64,000 nucleotides of DNA. It comes from an uncultured Acidobacteriota bacterium (GTDB lineage Bacteria; Acidobacteriota; Thermoanaerobaculia; Multivoradales; UBA5704). Positions 56,651 to 64,000 of this stretch are shown one piece after another; position 1 is the first letter of the stretch, and each line of letters opens with the position of its first letter. Location of the stretch: NCBI GenBank assembly GCA_963700145.1, contig OY969474.1, positions 3,360,001-3,424,000 on the forward strand, given 5' to 3'. The notes under the pieces are model-generated. The model was not told where the DNA came from and did not search any database. It saw only the letters and a program-made list of their open reading frames with translations. A program made the position numbers and the translations under genes.

Positions 56651-57384
56651 ACGGCGGCGGCTCCGGTCGGCGGCCTCTCGTCGCCGCCAACTGGAAGATG
56701 AATCTCCTCGCTGCGGAGGCGCGGGCCTGGTGCCAGCGGGTGCGCGAAGGGGCGATCGGCGCACGGGCCGCGGCCGCCGTCTTCCCCACCTTCCCGCTCC
56801 TCCCCGCGGTGGCCGAGGAACTGGCCGGCAGCGGCGTCGAGGTCGGCGGGCAGGACCTCCACCCCGAGGACCGCGGCGCCTTCACCGGCGACGTCTCGGG
56901 CCTCCAGCTCGCCGACGCCGGCTGCGCCTGGGCGCTCTGCGGCCACAGCGAGCGGCGGCACGGCCACGGCGAGGGCGACGAGCTGGTGGCGCGGAAGGTG
57001 GCCGCCGCGGTGCGCAACGGTCTCAAGCCGATGCTCTGCGTCGGCGAGACGCGCGACGAGCGGCGGGCGGGGGCGACCGAGGAGGTCCTGGCGCGGCAGC
57101 TCCGCGCCGCCCTGCCCCACCTGCCGGCCGCCTGGGCCCTCGCCTACGAGCCGGTCTGGGCGATCGGCACCGGCGAGACCGCCACCCCCGAGACCGCGGA
57201 GGCGGCGCACGCCTTCCTTCGCGGCCTCCTCGAGTCGGACGACGCGCCGATCCTCTACGGCGGCTCGGTCACCCCCGAGAACGCCGCCGCGCTGGCCGCC
57301 CAGCCGGACGTGGACGGCTTCCTGGTCGGCGGGGCCAGCCTTGACCCAGGGAAATTCCTCGCTATCATTCGCTCTCTCGACTGA
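56647..57384 (+). CDS. tpiA: Triosephosphate isomerase
   Basis: NWKMN, GHSERR, AYEPVWAIGTG, YGGSV, LVGGASL. Confidence 0.97.
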   Translation: MNGGGSGRRPLVAANWKMNLLAAEARAWCQRVREGAIGARAAAAVFPTFPLLPAVAEELAGSGVEVGGQDLHPEDRGAFTGDVSGLQLADAGCAWALCGHSERRHGHGEGDELVARKVAAAVRNGLKPMLCVGETRDERRAGATEEVLARQLRAALPHLPAAWALAYEPVWAIGTGETATPETAEAAHAFLRGLLESDDAPILYGGSVTPENAAALAAQPDVDGFLVGGASLDPGKFLAIIRSLD

Positions 57385-57425
57385 GCGCCCCCGCCGGGCG
57401 CGGCAGACTCCCGGAGGCAATCCCC

Positions 57426-57800
57426 GTGATCTACGTGGTGTACTTCCTTCACGTGCTGGTCTGCGTCTTCCTCATCCTCGTCGTGCTGCTGCAGCAGGGG
57501 AAGGGCGCCGATCTCTCGGTCTTCGGCGGCGGCAGCACGCAGACCGCCTTCGGGGCGCGCGGCGCCGCGACCCTGCTGCACAAGCTGACGGTCGTTTCCT
57601 TCGTGGTCTTCATCCTGACGACCCTCGGCATCGGGGTGATGAAGAGCGGCCCCGCCGGCTCCTCGGTCATGAGCGACGTCATGGAAGAACGGTCGGAGGA
57701 TCCGGTCACGCCGGACCCCGGGGCGGTCAAGCCGCAGCCGGCTGCGCCGGCCGAAGCCACCCCCGAGGCCCCGCCGCCGCAGACCGGCGACAGCCAGTAG
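57426..57800 (+). CDS. secG: Preprotein translocase subunit SecG
   Basis: LILVVLLQQGKGADL..FGGG; downstream of tpiA. Confidence 0.95.
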   Translation: MIYVVYFLHVLVCVFLILVVLLQQGKGADLSVFGGGSTQTAFGARGAATLLHKLTVVSFVVFILTTLGIGVMKSGPAGSSVMSDVMEERSEDPVTPDPGAVKPQPAAPAEATPEAPPPQTGDSQ

Positions 57801-57843
57801 CCGGGAAGACAGGTCCTAGGGCCGCTGTTAGAATTACCCGCGT

Positions 57844-57928
<85 letters not shown>

Positions 57929-57992
57929 ACCAGAATCAATTGCCGGCTCCGGCCGGCGGCCCTGCGGGTAGCGGCGCCCATAGCCGGGCGAC

Positions 57993-58032
57993 GCAACCCG
58001 TACCGGTTCGAGTCCGGTCTTCGGCACCAACC
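57993..58032 (+). repeat. 40-bp direct repeat of the tRNA-Leu 3' end (att-like)
   Basis: GCAACCCGTACCGGTTCGAGTCCGGTCTTCGGCACCAACC, identical to 57892-57931. Confidence 0.9.
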
Positions 58033-58235
58033 CTCCTGAGCTGACTTTCCCTAACTAGCTGATCTCACGGCGCCCGGCCCTTGCGCGGGGGCGCCGCCTT
58101 TGGCACACTTCCCGGCAACATTTCTCGACGTTTCGAGTCGCCGGCCCGGAGGGCGAGGACCCTCCCGGGCGCCGCGCCGTTTTGCGCGGCGCGTCCGGGC
58201 GCGGTCCGGCCGGCTCGAGAAAGGAGCCGTTGGCG

Positions 58236-58442
58236 ATGTCGCAGCAGGGGACGGTGAAGTGGTTCAACAACGCCAAAGGGTACGGCTTCATCCAACCGGA
58301 GGAGGGCGGCGACGACGTCTTCGTCCACCACACCGCCATCGTCGCGGAAGGCTTCCGCACCCTGAATCAGGGCGAGCGCGTTGCCTACGAAGTGGTGGAG
58401 GGACCGAAGGGGCTGCAAGCCAGGAACGTGATGCGCGGGTGA
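58236..58442 (+). CDS. Cold-shock protein (CspA family)
   Basis: [27 protein letters not shown]; AAGGAG RBS. Confidence 0.96.
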   Translation: MSQQGTVKWFNNAKGYGFIQPEEGGDDVFVHHTAIVAEGFRTLNQGERVAYEVVEGPKGLQARNVMRG

Positions 58443-58521
58443 GCCCGCGCGAACGTGCGCGGCATAGCCGCGCCACGTCTGCGCGTGCCGCAGGCGCGCC
58501 GCCGCGGCTAGACTACGCCGC

Positions 58522-59118
58522 ATGACCGAGCCCGCCGAGCCCGCAGCTCCAGCAGCTCCCCCGGCGGCGCCCGCCGCCGCCAAGCCGGCCGCGAAGCCGG
58601 CCGCGGCCGCCGCGCCGGCCCGACCCCTGCCCGCGCCGGAGGAGATCGCCGACTGGATCGCGGGCGAGGACCTGCCCGTCCTCGCCAACCTCTTCGACGG
58701 GCTCACCGTCGCCCGCTTCGACGTCCTCGTGATGCAGGTGCGGAAAGAGGAGCTGCTGCCGCAGCACTGGCAGGTGATCACGGCGCGCGAGGCGCCGGAC
58801 GACCTCGTCTTCGACCGGCTGCCCGAGGTGGGCAACCTGCGGGTGCGCTACAAGGACCAGGAGCTGGCGCGGCGGCGGACCGAGAACCTGCGGGTCGCCT
58901 GGCGCGAGCTGCGCGGGCGCCGGCCGGCGCTGTGGACGGTGGCCGACCTCTTCGCCGGCATGCGCCGCATCGTCGAGCGCAACCGGCCGGTCGACTGGCA
59001 CGACCTGCTCTCGGCGGTGCGCGACGTCTGGCGCGGCCTCGAGCTGCCCCACGGGCGCGAGCAGCTCGAGGTCCTCTGGGCCTGTCTGGTGCAGGTGCGG
59101 AAGAGCACCAAAAAATAG
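58522..59118 (+). CDS. Hypothetical protein with Ala/Pro-rich N-terminus
   Basis: ATG-started ORF with high-GC3 codon usage; TAGACT just upstream. Confidence 0.65.
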   Translation: MTEPAEPAAPAAPPAAPAAAKPAAKPAAAAAPARPLPAPEEIADWIAGEDLPVLANLFDGLTVARFDVLVMQVRKEELLPQHWQVITAREAPDDLVFDRLPEVGNLRVRYKDQELARRRTENLRVAWRELRGRRPALWTVADLFAGMRRIVERNRPVDWHDLLSAVRDVWRGLELPHGREQLEVLWACLVQVRKSTKK

Positions 59119-59123
59119 CGGGC

Positions 59124-59696
59124 TTACTGGGCGGCGGGCAGGAGCGTCGCCTTCTTGATGACGACCGCCTCGAGCGGCACGTCCTTGGCGCCGGCCTTGA
59201 CGCCGGTCTTCACCTTGGCGATCGCGTCGGCCACGTCCATCCCCTCGACGACCTTGCCGAACACGGTGTAGCCCCAACCCTGCGTCGTCTTGGCGGTATG
59301 GTCGAGGAACTTGTTGTCGACCACGTTGATGAAGAACTGGCAGCTCGCGCTGTGCGGGTCGCTGGTGCGCGCCATGGCGAGGGTGCCGCGCTCGTTCTTG
59401 AGACCGTTGTCGGCCTCGTTCTGGACCTTCGTGTTGCACGGCTTGTTGGTCATGTCGGCGAGGGCGGCGCCGCCCTGCACCATGAAGCCGTCGATGACGC
59501 GGTGGAAGATGGTGCCGTCGTAGTGGCCGGACTTGACGTAGTCGAGGACGGTCTTCACCGTCCTGGGCGCCTTGTCGGGGAAGAGCTCGATCACGATCCG
59601 CCCCTTGCTGGTGTCGAGCGCCACGCGCGGGTTGGCGGCCATCGCCGGCACGGCGGCGAGCAGGGCGAACAGGCAGGCGAGCAGAGTCAACTTCAT
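59124..59696 (-). CDS. ppiA: Periplasmic cyclophilin-type PPIase
   Basis: Signal peptide; [40 protein letters not shown]. Confidence 0.93.
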   Translation of the reverse strand: MKLTLLACLFALLAAVPAMAANPRVALDTSKGRIVIELFPDKAPRTVKTVLDYVKSGHYDGTIFHRVIDGFMVQGGAALADMTNKPCNTKVQNEADNGLKNERGTLAMARTSDPHSASCQFFINVVDNKFLDHTAKTTQGWGYTVFGKVVEGMDVADAIAKVKTGVKAGAKDVPLEAVVIKKATLLPAAQ

Positions 59697-59743
59697 GAAC
59701 GCTTCTCCTTGGTTTGGTTTGCGGTGATCGACGTGGAGCAAGG

Positions 59744-60358
59744 ATGGTAGCACGGCCCCCGGAGGCGACCGGCGCGGTGGGCGTCGTCCTCGCAGGGGGC
59801 GCTTCGCGCCGGCTGGGAGAGGACAAGGCGCTCCTCGCCGCGGGCGGGGAGAGCCTGGCTGCGCGGGCGGTGCGCAAACTTCGAGGCTTCGCCGACATAG
59901 CGGTGGCCGACGGCGGGCGCGGCCTCGTGCCCGGCGTCCCGTCGCTGCCCGACGGCCCCGGCCGCGGGCCGGCAGCGGGCGTGCTCGGCGCCGCAGCCGC
60001 CTACCCGGAGCGGGCGCTCATGGTCCTCGCCTGCGATCTCCCGGAGGTGCCGGAGGTCCTGCTGACCGCGCTGGTGATCGCGGGCCGTATGGCGAAGGGG
60101 GGAGAGGCGGACTGGGCCGTGCCGCGCTGGGGAGGACGGCTCGAGCCGCTCTGCGCCATCTACGGGCCGGCGGCGCTCGCGGCGCTCGCCCGCCGCGCCG
60201 CCGCGGGACGCTTCGCCCTCCACGAGCTGGCCGACGAGCCCGGTCTCCGGATCGCGTACCTCGACGACGAAGACCTCGAGGGCTTCGGCGATCCCGCCCG
60301 GATCTTCCTCAACCTCAACACGCCGGACGACGTCGCGCGCTGGCGGGGCGGAGCCTAG
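59744..60358 (+). CDS. mobA: Molybdenum cofactor guanylyltransferase
   Basis: [34 protein letters not shown]. Confidence 0.92.
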   Translation: MVARPPEATGAVGVVLAGGASRRLGEDKALLAAGGESLAARAVRKLRGFADIAVADGGRGLVPGVPSLPDGPGRGPAAGVLGAAAAYPERALMVLACDLPEVPEVLLTALVIAGRMAKGGEADWAVPRWGGRLEPLCAIYGPAALAALARRAAAGRFALHELADEPGLRIAYLDDEDLEGFGDPARIFLNLNTPDDVARWRGGA

Positions 60359-60687
60359 CTCTCCACTTCGTCGCCCACCCCCCCGCACTGGGGACAGGGG
60401 CAGATCTCGCGCAGGAAGTCGAAGCGGTAGATGCCCGTTGCGTGGCCGTCGGACCAGGCGATCGAGATGGCGTAGTGGCCGACCGGCTTGATCGACTGGG
60501 CGGCGACCGGCCCGGCCGGCGGGTGGAAGCGGATCTTCATCCCCGAGTGCCCCTGGCAGCCGGCGCAGGGGCACCAGCCGCGCAGGTAGCGGTAGTCGTA
60601 CTCGGCGGCGTGGCCGTCGCTCCAGGTGAGGCGGAGCTTCCCCTCCTCGGGGAGGCGGCGCGCTTCGGTCAAGGTGGGGACGGCCAT
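60355..60687 (-). CDS. DUF971 / GBBH N-terminal-like protein
   Basis: WSDGH, LRGWCPCAGC, VGHYAI...WSDGHATGIY. Confidence 0.9.
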   Translation of the reverse strand: MAVPTLTEARRLPEEGKLRLTWSDGHAAEYDYRYLRGWCPCAGCQGHSGMKIRFHPPAGPVAAQSIKPVGHYAISIAWSDGHATGIYRFDFLREICPCPQCGGVGDEVES

Positions 60688-60713
60688 CGTGGCGTCATGG
60701 TAGAACACGCGCC

Positions 60714-61346
60714 ATGCGCCGCACCCTGCCGCTCCTCGCTCTCCTCTCTCTCCTCGCCGTGGCCGCCACCGCGCCCGCCCTCGCCCAGACGCCGCAGCGC
60801 TTCGAGCTGACGCCCCTCGTCGGCTACCGCCTCTCCGGCGAGGTGGACTCGATCGACGACGACTTCCGCCGCTCCGACGTCGAGCTCGACGAGAGCGCGA
60901 GCGTCGGCTTCACCTTCGACATCCCGATCGGCTCCGGCTTCCAGCTCGAGCTGATGGCGCGCCACCAGGACACCGCCTTCGTCGCCGACTCGGGCGTGCT
61001 CGACCCGACCGAGGAGCTCGGCGACGTGACGATCACCCAGGCCCACGCCGGCATCCTCCTGCAGTGGGGGCCGGGGCAGGTCAACGGCTTCGTCGTGGCG
61101 AGCGGCGGGATCTCATCGATCGACCCGGAGGGCCCGGGGCTCGACTCCGAGACGCGCCTCTCGGGAAGCCTGGGCGGCGGCGTCAAGGTCTTCTTCAACC
61201 GCCACGTCGGGCTGCGCCTCGAGGGGCGCGGCTACTGGACCGACTTCGCCGCCGACGACGACGATCGCCGCCGCGACCGCCGCCGCACCTACGACGACGC
61301 GCTGGTGCAGGGCGAGGGGAGTATGGGGCTGATCATCGCCTGGTAA
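60714..61346 (+). CDS. Outer-membrane beta-barrel protein
   Basis: Signal peptide, alternating beta strands, C-terminal aromatic residue (GLIIAW). Confidence 0.82.
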   Translation: MRRTLPLLALLSLLAVAATAPALAQTPQRFELTPLVGYRLSGEVDSIDDDFRRSDVELDESASVGFTFDIPIGSGFQLELMARHQDTAFVADSGVLDPTEELGDVTITQAHAGILLQWGPGQVNGFVVASGGISSIDPEGPGLDSETRLSGSLGGGVKVFFNRHVGLRLEGRGYWTDFAADDDDRRRDRRRTYDDALVQGEGSMGLIIAW

Positions 61347-61399
61347 GGCGGTCGCGCCCAGCGCGCCTTACCCGAGCCCGGCGCGAAAGCTTTCGCGCC

Positions 61400-63631
61400 T
61401 CAGGCGACCAGCGGGTGCACCTGGTTGCGCCCGCCGTTCTTGGCCTCGTAGAGCGAGCGGTCGGCGGCGGCCAGCAGGTCGCGGGCGCTGAGCTTCGGCC
61501 CGAGGTCGTGGAGCGAGCCGAGGCCGATCGAGATCGTCACCCGCGCCAGCGACCCGTCCTCCATCGGCACCGTCGCCCGCTGCACCAGCGAGCGCACCTT
61601 CTCGGCCACCGCGGCGGCGCCGGCGACGTCGGTCTCGGGCAGCACCAGCAGGAACTCCTCGCCGCCGTAGCGCCCGATCGAGTCGGTGCTGCGCAGGCCG
61701 GCCGCCGCCGCCTGCGCCACGCGCTTGAGGAGGGCGTCGCCGGCCAAGTGGCCGTAGCGGTCGTTGATTCCCTTGAAGTGGTCGAGGTCGGCCATGGCGA
61801 CGGTCAAGGGCCGCCGGTAGCGCAGGGCGCGGTCGAGCTCGCGCTCGAGCTGCTCGAGGATCGCCTCCCGCCGCAGCAGGCCGGTCAGGCTCTCGTAGGT
61901 CGCCGACTCGAAGAGGCGGGCGTTCTCGAAGACCGTCGCCACGTGGTGCGACAGCAGATTGAGCAGCTCCAGCTCCTCGGCCCGGTGGCGCTCGCGCCCC
62001 TCCTTCTCGCCCACCACCAGCACGCCGGTCAGGTTCTCCTGGTGCAGCAGCGGCACGGCGAGCGCCGCGTCGAGGCGCGGCCAGAGGGCGAAGGCCGAGC
62101 CGCGGAGCTGCTCGACCGGCAGCGGCCGCTGCGCCCGGCGGAGCTGCTCGACGCCGGGGTCGGCGACCGAGAGGAAGAGGGTGCGGTCCTGCTCCTCCTG
62201 GCTCCAGCTGCGCGACGAGGCGAGCGCCGAGAGGACGCCCGAGCCGGGGTTGGCGATGAGGATCGTGGCGCTGCGCGCGCCGAAGATGTCGCGCAGCCGC
62301 TCGACCAGGTGCTCGCCCATGCGCGGCAGCTTGCCGAGGGCCGGAAGCTCGCCGGCGAGCGCGATCAGGCGCTTGCGCAGCTCGTTGCGCTCGGGGAAGA
62401 GGCGGCGGTCGATCTGCCGCTGGAGGAGGCCGCGCAGCGGCCAGAAGAGGAACCCCGCCAGCAGCGTCGCCGCCGAGATCACCCAGATCGACGCCTCCCC
62501 TTCGAGGAAGCGCGAGACCAGCGCGCCCCCGGTCCCCAGCGCGCCGTAGAAGACCAGCACCAGCATGCCGGTGAGCGTCGTGTAGAGCAGGCCGCGCCGC
62601 ACCACCAGCTCGATGTCGAAGAGGTGGTAGCGATAGATCGCGGCGATGACGGCGATCGGGTAGAGGAGCAGGATCAGCGACTCGAGCCCGGTGAGCCAGG
62701 GCGGCACCGGCAGGCCGGCGAGGTCGAAGCCGGTGGTGGCGAAGACGAAGAGGAGCCAGGGGATCACGCCGGCGAGCACCAGTCCCGCCTGCTGCCGCCC
62801 CCGCGGCTCCGGGTGCCGGAACGCGGGCACGGCGAGGAGCACCGTCACCGCCAGCGCCCAGACCGGGAGGCCGACGTCGAGGAGCACCCCCTGGATCGTC
62901 GTCGAGGTCCAGAGGAAGAAGTCGCGGCCGAAGCCCTGCTCGAAGACGAAGGTTGCGGCGGTGGCGACGCCCAGCCCGAGCCCGAGCACGTAGTAGAGCG
63001 GCACCACCCAGGGGCGGCGGCGGATCCAGGCCTGGCGCTCGGGGATGAGCGAGGCCAAGTGGAGCTCGAGGCCCATCTGGAAGCCGGTCAAGAGGTGGAA
63101 GGCGGCGAGCGCCACGAGCCGCACCCAGCGGTCGCCCAGGGCCTGGACCGGCAGCGCCAGCTCGATCGCCACCGCCGCCGCGAAGAGCAGCAGGAGGCGG
63201 CCGCGGATGTCGCGCTCACGCCGCTGCAGGAGGGCGACGAGGGCGAGCGCCAGGAAGCAGAGGGTCGTGAGGGCGCCGATCGCCAGGCGCAGCCACGGCA
63301 CCGGCACGCCGGGGTGGACGGCCATCTCCCGCACCGACCCCTGCCGCTCGACCGTCAGCCGCACCGGCGTGCCGGCGCGGAAGTGCTTCGCCGCGAGGTC
63401 CCAGTCGGTGACCTTGCGCATGCGGACGCCGTCGGCGGCGAGGACGCGGTCGCCCGGCAGCAGGCCCGCGCGCTCGCCGGGCAGCCCGGGGGTCAGCGAC
63501 TCGACGCGGATCGCCCCGTCCCCCTCCTCGGGGACGGCGCCGATCCGCCGCCCGGCGCTCCGCACCGCCGCCGTCATCTGCACGTAGAGGAGCGCCGCCA
63601 CCACGGCGCAGAGCGTCGCGGCGAGCAACAT
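61400..63631 (-). CDS. Membrane diguanylate cyclase (PDZ - multi-TM - GAF - GGDEF)
   Basis: PGERAGLLPGDRV PDZ; DLDHFKGINDRYGHLAGD; RYGGEEF with an RxxD I-site (RSTD). Confidence 0.92.
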   Translation of the reverse strand: MLLAATLCAVVAALLYVQMTAAVRSAGRRIGAVPEEGDGAIRVESLTPGLPGERAGLLPGDRVLAADGVRMRKVTDWDLAAKHFRAGTPVRLTVERQGSVREMAVHPGVPVPWLRLAIGALTTLCFLALALVALLQRRERDIRGRLLLLFAAAVAIELALPVQALGDRWVRLVALAAFHLLTGFQMGLELHLASLIPERQAWIRRRPWVVPLYYVLGLGLGVATAATFVFEQGFGRDFFLWTSTTIQGVLLDVGLPVWALAVTVLLAVPAFRHPEPRGRQQAGLVLAGVIPWLLFVFATTGFDLAGLPVPPWLTGLESLILLLYPIAVIAAIYRYHLFDIELVVRRGLLYTTLTGMLVLVFYGALGTGGALVSRFLEGEASIWVISAATLLAGFLFWPLRGLLQRQIDRRLFPERNELRKRLIALAGELPALGKLPRMGEHLVERLRDIFGARSATILIANPGSGVLSALASSRSWSQEEQDRTLFLSVADPGVEQLRRAQRPLPVEQLRGSAFALWPRLDAALAVPLLHQENLTGVLVVGEKEGRERHRAEELELLNLLSHHVATVFENARLFESATYESLTGLLRREAILEQLERELDRALRYRRPLTVAMADLDHFKGINDRYGHLAGDALLKRVAQAAAAGLRSTDSIGRYGGEEFLLVLPETDVAGAAAVAEKVRSLVQRATVPMEDGSLARVTISIGLGSLHDLGPKLSARDLLAAADRSLYEAKNGGRNQVHPLVA

Positions 63632-63749
63632 TCGGGTCGTGCGTTTAGCGCGCAAGTGCTTTATCTACGGAGGTTCCGAGGATTTAACTTTAACGCCGCC
63701 CGCCGCGGCCGGCTGCAAAAGAGTTGGCGGATGGGCTACGCTGACTGAC

Positions 63750-64000
63750 ATGGACGTGCGCGGACGGCGGCGCCGGCGCCTCGTGGGGGCCGCGCTAGCG
63801 CTCCTCGCCCTCCTCGCCTTCGACCTCGCGCGGCCGCCGGCCAGCCAGGCGAGCGCGCGGGCGCTCCTCGGGGCGATCCACCTCTACCAGGCGACTCTCT
63901 CGCCGCGCATGCCGGCCCTGGGGATCGGCTGCCGCTTCCGGCCGAGCTGCAGCCGCTACGCCGAGGGGGCGGTGCGCAAGCGCGGCGCCCTGGTCGGTAG
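63750..64000 (+). CDS. yidD: Membrane protein insertion efficiency factor, 3'-truncated by window edge
   Basis: IHLYQATLSP...CRFRPSCSRYA...V...GA. Confidence 0.85.
   Translation, partial: MDVRGRRRRRLVGAALALLALLAFDLARPPASQASARALLGAIHLYQATLSPRMPALGIGCRFRPSCSRYAEGAVRKRGALVG

Noticed and set aside
58525-58620. Short GCC/CCG-rich repeats
   Set aside because: Explained by an Ala/Pro/Lys low-complexity protein N-terminus.

Overview
Very GC-rich bacterial window. Gene content is compatible with an Acidobacteriota/Thermoanaerobaculia-like or myxobacterial host, but this is inference only. (1) 1-20785: the 3' part of an NRPS / hybrid PKS-NRPS / PKS cluster. It has unusual architecture: an A-less C-T module, a fused C-terminal circularly permuted ATP-grasp-like domain, an AT-deleted KS module, a Lys2/McyE-type A domain and a terminal thioester reductase. 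(2) 20791-21148: a four-tRNA operon (Pro, Arg, His, Arg) on the minus strand. (3) About 21.2-39.5 kb: an accessory island holding two paralogous copies of two modules. One module is [secreted DPNG-motif peptide -> Zn-finger/TPR protein -><- HTH]. The other is [short TPR-like -> PCD-like -> 21-bp palindromic tandem array -> helical coiled-coil protein -> 47-bp hairpin identical in both copies], and its two copies face each other. Between the hairpins lies a decaying cargo: a frameshifted gene, an amidase/nucleotidyltransferase chimera and an IS-interrupted HD-CE/Hsp90-like ATPase gene. (4) 39.5-64 kb: mostly housekeeping genes, including an ECF sigma/anti-sigma pair with an unannotated Cys-rich micropeptide, FAD oxidase, DUF885, large NAD-GDH, tsaD, pgk-tpiA-secG-tRNA-Leu with a duplicated 3' end, csp, cyclophilin, mobA, a diguanylate cyclase and yidD. 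All family calls come from motifs recognised by eye; no database searches were run.
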